A stretch of DNA of 63,961 nucleotides, counting the filler, from an uncultured Myxococcia bacterium (lineage in GTDB: Bacteria > CAZTWC01), in assembly GCA_964617105.1 (NCBI GenBank). It is 7 parts of 7 records of this genome, joined end to end, with 100 filler letters (N's around TTAATTAATTAA, not from the genome) between each part and the next. Parts side by side here need not be neighbours in the genome. Positions count along the whole stretch, not along the records: positions 38,142 to 47,483 come from CAZTWC010000137.1; positions 47,584 to 56,918 come from CAZTWC010000138.1; 5 more parts are not named here. One strand, given 5' to 3'. Position 1 is the stretch's first letter; the number at the start of each line of letters is the position of its first letter. Both the position numbers and the translations under genes were made by a program. Positions 40,734 to 51,200 of the stretch are shown here, in pieces. The notes beneath the pieces were generated by a model. The model searched no databases and had not been told where the DNA came from. It saw only the letters and a program-made list of their open reading frames with translations.

Positions 40734-42149
40734 ATGGAGTTTATGGGGAGATCAGAGGAGATAAGTCAACTCTGCAACTGGAATAAATCTGGGCGGCCGG
40801 CTTTTTTATCAGTTATATATGGACGACGACGTATTGGAAAAACCAGGTTGGTTGAGGAAACCTTTAAAAAATCGCGGCTCCTTACTTTTGAAGGGCTGGA
40901 GGGCCAATCAACCAAAGAGCAGCAAATGCAATTTCTCGCCCGTCTTGCCTCTATAAGCGGCAGAAAGGAATACCAATTAATCAAATCGGCAAGTTGGACA
41001 GAGATACTGATACTCTTATCAGACTACATTGGCAAAAGACCAACCATCATTTTCTTGGATGAATTTCAATGGTTGGCTGCCAGCCGCAGCAAATTGGTGA
41101 GTAGTTTTAAGTATGTATGGGATAACTATTTTTGCAAAAACAATAATGTTCATGTCATACTTTGCGGCTCAGTTTGTTCATTTTTGTTAAAAAAAGTGAT
41201 TCGTTCAAAGGCACTATATGGGCGCATCGATTTGGAAATCAATCTTAAACCATTACAATTGCCTGAAATCAAAAACCTCTTTCGTCCTAAGCGATCTTTG
41301 CGGGACGTGGTGGAAATGTATATGTCTTTGGGTGGAGTTCCCCAATACTTGAAAATGGTGGACCCATCTTTATCGGTTAGAGCCAATCTCGAAAATCTCT
41401 GTTTCTCTCCCAATGGTTATCTGGTAAATGAATTTGAACGACTTTTTGCTAGCCATTTTGGCACCAATCGGCATTATAGAAAGATTTTGTTAATATTAGC
41501 AAAACACTCTTTTGCCACTAGAGAAGAGTTGCAAAAAGGGTGTAATCTCGATTCTGGCGGCAGAATCACCAGATACCTGGAAGATCTGGAAACAGCGGGA
41601 TTTATTGAACGTTATGTGCCAGTGGACAAACCAAGCGCCTCTAAAATCAATCGATTTCGTATCGTAGACCCATATCTTATCTTCTATTTTCGCTTTATAC
41701 AGTCCGCTTTGAAAAAGATAAATCAGCCAGGGCGCAGCCCCAATTTTTCCAGTTTTGTCCCTGATAAACGCTACTATGTCTGGTGTGGTCAGGCCTTTGA
41801 ATCTCTCTGTCTAGCCCACAGCCATCTGATAAGTGAAAAACTCGGCTTTAGTGCTGTCAATTATAATTATGGCTCCTGGTTTTCCCGCCAACCAGATTAT
41901 AAGGGCTTTCAAATTGACCTGATGTTCCTTCGGGATGATCGAGTTATCACCATATGTGAGATGAAATTTCAAGATGCTAAGATTGGCAAAAACATTATTC
42001 CGGAAATTGCCCGCAAACGCTCCCTTTTGCCCAATCCCAAAAATTTTACCATTGAAACAGTTTTAATAACAGCCTCCCCAGCCACCAAAGAGTTGATCAA
42101 TGAGCGATACTTCAACCGTATCTTGACATTATCTCAGTTATTTGGGTGA
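40734..42149 (+). CDS. AAA ATPase (ATPase_2/DUF234 type) with wHTH and C-terminal PD-(D/E)xK-like domain
   Basis: FMGRSEE, YGRRRIGKT, IFLDEFQW, LCGS, GGVPQYL, DPYLIFYFRF, QIDL...ICEMKF. Confidence 0.9.
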   Translation: MEFMGRSEEISQLCNWNKSGRPAFLSVIYGRRRIGKTRLVEETFKKSRLLTFEGLEGQSTKEQQMQFLARLASISGRKEYQLIKSASWTEILILLSDYIGKRPTIIFLDEFQWLAASRSKLVSSFKYVWDNYFCKNNNVHVILCGSVCSFLLKKVIRSKALYGRIDLEINLKPLQLPEIKNLFRPKRSLRDVVEMYMSLGGVPQYLKMVDPSLSVRANLENLCFSPNGYLVNEFERLFASHFGTNRHYRKILLILAKHSFATREELQKGCNLDSGGRITRYLEDLETAGFIERYVPVDKPSASKINRFRIVDPYLIFYFRFIQSALKKINQPGRSPNFSSFVPDKRYYVWCGQAFESLCLAHSHLISEKLGFSAVNYNYGSWFSRQPDYKGFQIDLMFLRDDRVITICEMKFQDAKIGKNIIPEIARKRSLLPNPKNFTIETVLITASPATKELINERYFNRILTLSQLFG

Positions 42150-42290
42150 AAGAGACTCAACCATATGATTTGGTATTGAAAAAGTGATGACCATGAGAAA
42201 AGCGGTTTAGGAAATTGTCCATTTTTACGTGACCACTTCAAAAATTGTCCGGCCTATGTCTCGAAACACCCTACCATTGCGGCCGGATAG

Positions 42291-42425
42291 AGTTTTTGCG
42301 AGGTACAGGTTCTAAAAGATTGCCGAGAGTGCCATATTGAACCTGACTGGTTATTGATATACCGTATTGACGGAAATGAACTATGTTTGGTTCGCACGGG
42401 AACACACTCAGACTTGTTTGAGTAA
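42291..42425 (+). pseudogene. yafQ: YafQ-family toxin C-terminal remnant
   Basis: KDCRECHIEPDWLLIYRIDGNELCLVRTGTHSDLFE*; in-frame TAG at 42288; no start or N-terminal half; absent from the ORF track. Confidence 0.85.
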
Positions 42426-42591
42426 ATCAGGAATGGGTATCCCGAACCAGCGCGCCCGAAGGAAGTGCCCTGGGGCGGCACCCGGGTTGGCTTCGAGGTT
42501 GAAATTTGCCACAAGATCGAAAGCCTCATGAGGAAGATCTGAGGGATTTTGCCAATTGACTGAGCTGTAGATTTTTCAGAACAAGTAATTC

Positions 42592-43362
42592 ATGCACTAT
42601 TACCGGCTGACAATTTCCTATAAAGGCACTTTGTTTTTTGGATGGCAATACCAGACCAATGGTAAAGAAACCGTTATGGGGCACCTTCAGGATGCCTTAA
42701 AAAGAATTGCCCGGTATGAAAATATTTTTATCCTTGGTGCCAGCCGGACCGATACCGGCGTGCATGCCCTGGGGCAAATTGCCAAAATTGGTTTGCCGGT
42801 TAAGATAGAGCCGCAAATACTTGCCAGAGGGCTAAATTCCCTTTTGCACAATGATATCAGAATAGTAAAATGCCAACCATCTGAGCGCTATTTTGATCCC
42901 ATCAATGAGAGTATCTCAAAGGAATATCACTACTATTTTTCCGATCTATTTCCCTCCCCGCCTCATTTGCGGGAAATTGTCAATTTTACTTCCACGCCTC
43001 TTGATCTCCAACTGATGAAAAAAGGATGTGAACTATTTGTCGGCACTTTTGATTTTGTTAATTTTTGCCGGAAAAGTTGCAAAGCCCGCAGCACCATCAG
43101 AACAATTATAAGTTGTGAGATTATAGAAAGATCTCTATCCCCCTTCCTATCTAAAACCTATGTTCTCAAAGTTGTAGGAACCGGTTTTTTAACCCAAATG
43201 GTCAGATATATGGCTGGAACCCTGTTGAAATTAGGAGAGCATAAAATTGGGATGGAGAGGCTTTCAGCCTATCTAAAAAGCGCCCAAGATGATAAACCTG
43301 CCCCCAAAGCACCGGCCAAAGGGTTGCATCTATTCCAGGTCAACTATCCTGATGGCACTTGA
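42592..43362 (+). CDS. truA: tRNA pseudouridine(38-40) synthase
   Basis: ISYKGTLFFGWQ, ASRTDTGVHALGQ, GFLTQMVR, APAKGLHL. Confidence 0.93.
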   Translation: MHYYRLTISYKGTLFFGWQYQTNGKETVMGHLQDALKRIARYENIFILGASRTDTGVHALGQIAKIGLPVKIEPQILARGLNSLLHNDIRIVKCQPSERYFDPINESISKEYHYYFSDLFPSPPHLREIVNFTSTPLDLQLMKKGCELFVGTFDFVNFCRKSCKARSTIRTIISCEIIERSLSPFLSKTYVLKVVGTGFLTQMVRYMAGTLLKLGEHKIGMERLSAYLKSAQDDKPAPKAPAKGLHLFQVNYPDGT

Positions 43363-43399
43363 GATTGTTTTTCAAAACCATTTAACCAGGTTTTCCACC

Positions 43400-43708
43400 C
43401 TATTTCTGGCCGGTGGCCGCTTCGGCAAAATTTTTGAAATGACTTCTGATTTTAAAAAATGTATTGAGAATATCGTTGAAGAGCAATCCCGCATCTGGAT
43501 CACACACTTTTTGGCGCAGCCTTTCTAAATGGTTTTGCCTAAACTGTTTAACATAAATGGTGGTCATCTCGAAATCAGAAGTCAAGATGTCAAATATTTT
43601 CAGTGACCCGCCAGCAAATTTTTGCAGGGCTTCTGACATGATTTTCATGCCATACATAAAGACACCCAATCCGTCGATGGTATTAAACAATAGAATTTTT
43701 ATATCCAT
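43400..43708 (-). pseudogene. Internally deleted Na/Pi cotransporter (N-terminus fused to the end of the PhoU domain)
   Basis: GLGVFMYGMKIMSEALQKFAG joined directly to RQNHLERL...C...AGLLFNDIL...IRSH..NFAE within 102 aa. Confidence 0.75.
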
Positions 43709-43848
43709 GGTGATTCACTTTTAATCAATGTAATGGAATAGGGCAGTTAGATTTCAATGTTCAACTGACTGTTAACAGCGTAATTTTTAATATATATACT
43801 CTAGATGGTCAAGTTTGCAAAAAAGGATGGGCAGAGAATTTACCCTTA

Positions 43849-43873
43849 GGGTTCGCTCAAAAATTAATTCGCA
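43849..43873 (+). repeat. Mini-element end, copy C
   Basis: tta|GGGTTCGCTCAAAAATTAATTCGCA. Confidence 0.65.
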
Positions 43874-44039
43874 CAACTAAGGTGAATTGTAATATATTGT
43901 AAATCAAGTTTTTCGAACCCAACGGTCATCCCTTTAGGAACTACTGACAATGCATCGATGGAGAATCCACCGTTGTGTTCCTCCATGGCTTTTCGCAGGG
44001 GTTGGTAATAGGGAGTGTCAATATTTAAAGGAGGATTCC

Positions 44040-44603
44040 ATGTCAGAACAGCATTGGCAAACTTTTCTGCGTAAGGTGGCTAACCTCAACGCTTTTGTGG
44101 CCCAGGCGGAGGCTGACCAGCATCTTCATCGTGCGCTGATTGACTGTGAGACTCATGATCAGGTGGTGTCCCTGGCAGCAGAACGGGGGTTTAACATTGC
44201 CCGCCGCTGGGGAGAGCCAGATCCCGCATTGGATACCGATGTGTGCTCAAACTCATCTCCACCTCAAATTTTACCTGCCGCCGCCAGTTTATGGGGACTT
44301 TTGCCCTTACCGCCCATAGGTGAAGAACGAACGGCGGTGTTGATTTCTAACGATACTGTCAGGCTGGAGTTGATCCGCAGCAATGCCGCTGCATCGCCGG
44401 AAAATTTCTGGTACGACCAGGCAGAGGATGAATGGGTTGCCCTGCTGCAGGGCCAAGCCTGCCTGCGATTTGAAAATGAGCCAAGCCTACATTATATGCA
44501 GACCGGTGATCAATTGCTGATTCCTGTCGGCAGGCGTCATCGAGTGGAATCCACCTCCGGAGGCCATGGCTGTCTGTGGCTGGCCCTCTTCCTAAAGTGC
44601 TGA
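44040..44603 (+). CDS. Nif11-domain/cupin fusion protein
   Basis: AGGAGG RBS; MSEQHWQTFLRKVANLNAFV...VVSLAAERGFNIARRWGE (Nif11-like) plus RLELIRS...FWYDQAEDEWVALLQGQA...IPVGRRHRVESTS...WLALF (cupin). Confidence 0.85.
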   Translation: MSEQHWQTFLRKVANLNAFVAQAEADQHLHRALIDCETHDQVVSLAAERGFNIARRWGEPDPALDTDVCSNSSPPQILPAAASLWGLLPLPPIGEERTAVLISNDTVRLELIRSNAAASPENFWYDQAEDEWVALLQGQACLRFENEPSLHYMQTGDQLLIPVGRRHRVESTSGGHGCLWLALFLKC

Positions 44604-44654
44604 CCGTTGGCCTCAAAAATGCGAAGTACCCAGAGGGTGCAAAGTGCCCTGTGG

Positions 44655-46028
44655 TTATGAAGTTATTTTTGAGGGAGCCCTTAACTCAACAATGGTTTCG
44701 AGGTGAGGGGTATTGGGAAACATATCAATGGGGATAACCTGGTGAATTTTGTAATTTTGATGGCACAATATCTGCAAATCCTTCACCAGGCTGGCGGGGT
44801 TGCAACTAACGTAAATTATCCGCTGTGGTGCTATTTTGTCGCACAGCAGATGGACCACTCTTTCTCCACAACCGGCGCGGGGTGGATTTAGAGTGACCAG
44901 GTCAACATCATCAAAATGTTTTGCTTGCAGGGTTTGCTCTACATCACTATTGATAAAAGAGATGTTTTTGATCCTATTCAGGTTTAGTGAGGCTATACCA
45001 TCATTAACCGACTGGGGCGATGCTTCTATTGCCACCACCTGGTTGGATCGCTCAGCAATGATAGCTGCCAAAGGTCCGAGGCCGGCATAGAGATCCAGGG
45101 CACAATTGATCCCATCAGGTATCAATTGTTGTATTTCAGTCAAAAGCAACTGTGCCCCCTGGTAGTTGGTCTGAAAAAAAGAGGTGGGGCCAAGGCGGAA
45201 TTTGAGCCCTATAATAGTCTCTACCATGGTTTTACTACCGGCCACATGAATATTCTCAGAACCTAACACCCGGTTATCATTATAACTGTTGATATTCAAA
45301 CAGATACCTGAAACTCCGCCGGTTTTGAGCACTTTCTCCCATCTTTGCTCTGCTAATAATTTCCTATGAGGATGGCGGCATACTATGGTCACCAAAATAC
45401 GGTTACTTTTCCCCGAAACTCTAGCCAGAAGATGACGTATAGTTCCCTTATGCTGTTTTTCATTGTATCCCGACAGCCCAAGTTGGTTTAGGAGCCTCAA
45501 TACCTGAAAAATCGCCTGTTCACCCTTAATATTCTGGGCCGGGCAATGTTTTACCTCCACAAAGTTATGAGTTCGCGGATAATAGAAACCCGGTGTCATC
45601 TGGCCTTTTTTCCCAGAGATGACCATTTGAATTTTGGTGCGTAAATTTTTTCCTTGCAGGTGTTTAATAGGCTGAAGTAAATCTTTTGAAAAATTTTTTG
45701 CCTGCGAGAGATGAGTTAATAAAAAATCTCTTTTTCCCTGTAGTTGATATTTATAAGAAGCATTAATCCAGGCGCAGCAACCACACCGGTCAGCATGGGC
45801 ACAGGGAGAGCAGGAGAGCCGGTGCGGTGACGGGGTAAGTATGTCCTTTACCGAGCACCATATACCATTTGGTCCCCGGTGCTCAACCTTTGCTGTCAAG
45901 ATGTCACCCGGTACCCCACCTTTTATAAAAACTGGAATTTCCTCAAATAAACCACGGGCCTCTGATTTATAACCCAACTCTGTTACCCGCACTTTAATCA
46001 AGGAGTTTAATTCAATTTTTTTCCTCAT
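44655..46028 (-). CDS. rlmD: 23S rRNA (uracil-5)-methyltransferase, RlmD/TrmA family
   Basis: TRAM domain, C..ADRCGCC, SFFQTN, DLYAGLG, NPPRAG, YVSCNP, DMFPNTPHLE. Confidence 0.9.
   Translation of the reverse strand: MRKKIELNSLIKVRVTELGYKSEARGLFEEIPVFIKGGVPGDILTAKVEHRGPNGIWCSVKDILTPSPHRLSCSPCAHADRCGCCAWINASYKYQLQGKRDFLLTHLSQAKNFSKDLLQPIKHLQGKNLRTKIQMVISGKKGQMTPGFYYPRTHNFVEVKHCPAQNIKGEQAIFQVLRLLNQLGLSGYNEKQHKGTIRHLLARVSGKSNRILVTIVCRHPHRKLLAEQRWEKVLKTGGVSGICLNINSYNDNRVLGSENIHVAGSKTMVETIIGLKFRLGPTSFFQTNYQGAQLLLTEIQQLIPDGINCALDLYAGLGPLAAIIAERSNQVVAIEASPQSVNDGIASLNLNRIKNISFINSDVEQTLQAKHFDDVDLVTLNPPRAGCGERVVHLLCDKIAPQRIIYVSCNPASLVKDLQILCHQNYKIHQVIPIDMFPNTPHLETIVELRAPSKITS
44658..44680 (-). repeat. 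Mini-element end, copy D (inverted); encodes the RlmD C-terminal RAPSKITS
   Basis: TGAAGTTATTTTTGAGGGAGCCC|tta is the reverse complement of GGGCTCCCTCAAAAATAACTTCA. Confidence 0.8.
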
Positions 46029-46201
46029 AGCGTTCTATATGTATGATTTATTTTACCAATATATACCCGAAAGTGGCGGGTTTGTCTATGAATCTCTCAG
46101 GAAAGTGTATGCCTTCCCTATCCTGCCAAGTGGTGCAAATTGTTACTTTTTCGCTTTTTTTTAATTCCCAGTGGATTTGGTGTTGTCTTTGTTGAGGTAG
46201 A

Positions 46202-46939
46202 TCAGGGTTCCATCACCACCGGCCTTTGGTGGCTGTATAAAAGAATCTGTCCTGACCCAAAGGGATACCCCCCCAGTCCTACGCCGGTAAGCCAGAATTT
46301 TCCCCCTCCAGGTTGGCGCACAAAAATAATGGTGCCGGGCAAATAATTTTTCGTTTGGGTTTCGGTCACCGGCCCTTCACCTTCTTTAAAAACCAGTTGA
46401 TAATCCAGATATAAACCATGATTTCTAAATTTCGATTTGCCCAGCGGGAGAATATGGTGCTCAAAGAGGCGCTGGGCCTGGTCTGCCTTGGCAAAACCGA
46501 ATTTGCCTTGGTGGTTGCTATGAAGGCCGAGAATTTCCCTGAAGGCAGTCATGGTGTTAAATAATTCTCTCTCGGCCAGGCCGGAGGATATCTGGTTAGA
46601 AGTTTGACCCGGCTTTTTCGCCTCTGTTATCTGGTAGAGTTTAAGGGTGCTGAAGGCCAAAAAGATAATCCAGAACAGATAGTAGATTTTCAGGCTTTTG
46701 GCTTTTGGATAGGCGGTTTGTTTATTTGGATAGGCCTGGGTGTTAATAGTGGCAAGGGTGATTTTTAATAAAAAATAGCAGCCAAACAGAAAAAACAACG
46801 GCCAGAGGATTGGATTGGGAATTATATCTACTGCACTGGGCCCTAAGGCGATCATCATCAGTTGATAAAATTGAGGCCAACTACCTACCAGGAGTAAAAA
46901 GGCAAAAAAGGAGTATAGCAGGAGCTTAAACCATTTCAC
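46202..46939 (-). CDS. Hypothetical membrane protein
   Basis: Three N-terminal TM segments followed by a soluble domain. Confidence 0.6.
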   Translation of the reverse strand: MKWFKLLLYSFFAFLLLVGSWPQFYQLMMIALGPSAVDIIPNPILWPLFFLFGCYFLLKITLATINTQAYPNKQTAYPKAKSLKIYYLFWIIFLAFSTLKLYQITEAKKPGQTSNQISSGLAERELFNTMTAFREILGLHSNHQGKFGFAKADQAQRLFEHHILPLGKSKFRNHGLYLDYQLVFKEGEGPVTETQTKNYLPGTIIFVRQPGGGKFWLTGVGLGGYPFGSGQILLYSHQRPVVMEP

Positions 46940-46941
46940 AA

Positions 46942-47483
46942 TCAGGCTTTATCCCGTCGTCTGAACAGGTAAAATCTGATCATCAATGAGAGGTTGATCA
47001 CAATAATAATTGCCAGCGGCAGACACAAAAGGGGGAAATACCAGAAGTTAGAGGGCTCCTGTCCGTGGATCAGCAGGAAATAATCTTTGTTGGCAAAATC
47101 GTAGAGATAGGCTTTGAAAAAGTAGTTTTTTACATGTTGGTAATCATTGGTTTTTTTTAGATTTACCAGTCGGCCCTTGAATTTCATTTTCCTGAAGGCC
47201 TTAATTTTCGTACCATCTTTATTGGTGCTTACCTGGATGAAGACCCGGGCTCCGGCCAGTAAAAAATAACGATACTCCTTCTCCAGGCCAAAGATACCAG
47301 CGGTGGCCGAAGCGGCCCGGTTGGTAGTTATGCCGGTAAGAGTCACCAAATAGTTATGTCCCAATTTGCTATAGTCCAGGTCCTGGGTATCACCAAGTTC
47401 CACTGGTTGTTTAGAAGCGAAATAGTAAGAGATCAGATCACCCAGCGAGAAGATCAGATAAGCGGCTGCTCCAATTAAAACAA
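46942..47483 (-). CDS. Hypothetical membrane-anchored protein, 5'-partial
   Basis: Frame stays open to the contig end; C-terminal TM segment with basic tail. Confidence 0.6.
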
Positions 47484-47583
47484 NNNNNNNNNNNNNNNNN
47501 NNNNNNNNNNNNNNNNNNNNNNNNNNNTTAATTAATTAANNNNNNNNNNNNNNNNNNNNNNNNNNNNNNNNNNNNNNNNNNNN
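47484..47583. other. Artificial contig linker
   Basis: N44-TTAATTAATTAA-N44. Confidence 0.98.
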
Positions 47584-48185
47584 AGGTCAACCAGCGTTTG
47601 GTGTATAACCGGGTGGGTCCAATGACGGTGTTCGTTAAGCAAACCTCCAAAGGCGTTTTTCATAGCGCCGGTGGTAGTGGTGAAGATATGGGTTTTCACC
47701 GTGGGAAGGTGAATAATATTTTCTCCAATAAAACGGCGAGGGATAAAAAAACCATCTGGATAAACCTGGTTGAGGCAGAGAAACTTGTCAGCCAAATCAC
47801 CCACTGCTTCCCTGACATCGATCCAGTCTTCACCTTCGTAAAGGTGGATGTTGCGCAGACCATGGGCATTGATAACATTGATATGTTTGTTTTCCCGTTC
47901 ACCCAGGTGGGCGTCGATAACCACCGTGCGATTATGGCAGCCGTGGATTAGATCTGATTGAAAACCATCTGCTTTCATGGCTCGGATTACCCCTTCCAAC
48001 TGCCAGGGGGTGGTGGATGCGGCAGGATAGAAAAAATGCCAGGATATATTGATTTTCAAAGCAGTATCAACAGTTTTATCGATAACCTCCTGGTAGCCGG
48101 CCAGGTTCATCACTTCATGGTAGTTTTTTAGCACCGTTTCAGGAGAGGTTTTTACAATAGCAACTTTTGATTTTTGTTTTTTCAT
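47584..48185 (-). CDS. DUF362-domain protein, 3'-partial
   Basis: LKINISWH...TTPWQLEGV, HLPTVKTHIFTTTTGAMKNAFGGL. Confidence 0.82.
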
Positions 48186-48256
48186 TTGGAAACCATAAGA
48201 CTCTCAATTGCCGCCATGTTGGTATAACAGCGATAACAGTTTTGGGAACAGCATCA

Positions 48257-51200
48257 TCATGGATTGCACTGCAAACCTTCGTCAGTATCACCGTCACAGT
48301 CGTTGTCCATTCCATCACAAATTTCCGGTTCAGAAATACATCCAGCCACTGCTGGAGGGCAGATTGACAGATGTTTATTTATGAGGCGGCATTCTTGTTT
48401 AAAAATAGTGAAACGGTCACGCATTACATAAGTAATATGTTTGATTTGATTGCCTCTGAATTCCGGAATTTTAACTTCCAGGTCGTAAACACCAGCTTTA
48501 CTGAACAGGTATTCAGACTTTTTTTGGTTTAAATGCCCGGAAAATGTTACCTGGTTTTCCGCATCTATCAGACTAAAATTTAGCCTGGTACCGCTGTTAT
48601 TAATCTTCGGAGAAAGTGATTCAAATACCACTTTGCCGTCTTTTTTAAGATAAACTTTGGTTCCGGAACGAAATCCCATACCAAACACCGAGAAATATTT
48701 GTTTAAATTAGTTCCAACTTCAGGAAAAATATGTTCAGGGTAGATAGAAGTTAAAAAAGAATTGGAGTAACGCTTCTGCCCCCGGTAAAGCAGATAATCC
48801 CTGTCGCTACGGTTAAGACTGTTCATAAACAGGTCGGGCAAGTTATCGTGGTTAAAATCGAAAACATGGATACGGGAAGTGTTATCAAAGTCTTTTGGTA
48901 ACATAAAAGGTATATACTCAAAGTTGTAATGGCCGTTATTTCTCAGGTAATAGTTGTAATCCAGGAAACTGGCGGTTAGCAAATCGGGTAATTGGTCACC
49001 GTCCATATCCACCATGGCAGAAGCGGTAAACTCGGCAGAACCAGCCGGGATATCCTTTACAGCGGAAAAATCGGCCTGGATGTTCCGGCAGTTAAAAACC
49101 GTGCCATCACCGTTGTTGAGACATAATCCAATTGCTTTGTTAAAAGATGCCAGAGAATAATTATTTCCAATCATAACTTTTTTACGAGTATATAGGATAT
49201 CATTCTTCTCATCACCGTCTACATCAAGAACCTGAAGATCTAAATATTCCCCATTTTCCAAATTATCTATTTTAGCAGCAATAAACTTATTATTTTGGTT
49301 TAGCCATACCTTGATTAGTCCCTGGTCCTGACCAAATACAAAGTCTGGTTTATCATCCTGGTTAAAATCTCCCTGGGCAACTACTCGGGTCTCACCATTG
49401 TTATCTGGAGCCTGCCAGGTAGAAGTTTGGTTGGTAAATTTCCCGGTGCCATCGTTGAGCAACACCAGATTGGCAGCGCCGCCCTGGCCCTGGTGACCGC
49501 TGGCTACAATTAAATCGAGTCCATTTTTACCATCCACATCGGCCAGAGCCAGATCCTGGGTGGGATTTTTATCCAGGGTATAAATATCAAAGAGGTCCTC
49601 AACTTTTTTATTGCTTTGAAATTTTTCTTTGGACAGATAAACCCTGGACTGGGCACCTCTCTTATCCTTATTGGTATTGCCAAAAACCAGGTCCATATAG
49701 GTGTCGCTATTAATATATCCACAAACCACTGAGGTGCTGGCATCTTTAAAGCGGGAATCAAAAGTGCGGGCCGGCAGGAATCCTCCTCCGCCATTACTCA
49801 ATATCAGACTATTGCTGTTGCCGTATGAAACTGTACCATGAGAAACAATTATATCATCGTAACCATCCGCATTAAGATCACAGAAAGCAGCATCCATATT
49901 GGCCCATTGGCGGCCTTTAAATGATCTGTAGGCTCTGTATTCTATACTGGCTTCGGGTACACTCTCCTTTTTAAGTGGATCAGTGCCAAAAGTTACCTCC
50001 AGGCCATCGATAATACCATCGTTATCTGTATCGCGTTTAAAGGGTGAAGTTTTACGGCTGGTTTCTTCACCATCGTAAAGAGAATCTCGATCATGGTCCA
50101 TAGAGTGAGCCGGCAGCCCCATATCTTTTTCATCTTTATCGGACAACCCATCATTATCAGTATCTTTGGACAATGGTGAAGAACCCCAGTAGGCTTTGTT
50201 TTTCAGGGTCAGTTCCAGAAAATCGGACAACCCATCGCTATCAGTATCTTTTTTGTCTTTGGCTGAGCCGATCCATTTTTCAATTAGATCATTTAATTTG
50301 TCCTGGTCACTATCTTTAGCGTTAAAGGTTAAATTGATTTTATATCCACCTCCATCATTGGTGGATAGAGAAATATTATCGGTTTTACATTTTACATTTT
50401 TGAGAGTGTAAGAGTTGTCAGGCAGGTAATTATATTCACAAGTTGCCGGTTGAAGATTTTCGCCCAGGTCACCGTTACTAACGGAAACTGTTACTTTGCT
50501 ACCCAGGGGATAATAGATTTTAACTCCACCATTTCGAAAAGAGAATGACTGATTTTTTAATTTTTCCGTTACCCTTTCACCTTCCATTTTTACTTTTATT
50601 TGTAATTTATTAAACTCTGGCAATACTTTGGAAAAAATACACCTGGTCAGATCCTGGCAGATTAAATTGGAATTGATGGTAAAGAAGTCCATATTGTGGG
50701 AAACGGAACCCATGCAAAAGGTGTTCTGGAGCAAAGGAGTTGAACCTAAATCCTTTATCTTGAAATCGGCCAGGCTATAGCAAACATAACCATCTTGACA
50801 CACTTGATTTTTCTGATTAACGGCCAGGAGTTTTCCCTCAGTGGTATACAATCTGTTTTTAATTTTAAAATGACTTTTTTGACTGATCTTGGTCAGGATT
50901 TTACCGGCTGGATTAAAAACAGCAGGAGGTACTATGAAAGTCGCTAAACCACTTTTGGGGTTAACAGTAGTTTTTTTTCTTATCCCGTATTCCGTTAAGT
51001 GTTTATCTTGTTCATCAATAAAAAACAGATTAAGCCACATTGAGAAGGGACGTAGATTATATTCAGAAACATTGGGGGGTCCGGACCCCGAGCAGTTATC
51101 GCCAAATCTCAAAAGACCGTCAATTTTGACGGGTTTCATGTTTTCAGGAACGGTTTGGTTGCTGATAAATCTATAGTAGTGGCGGGTTGGTTTTCCATCA

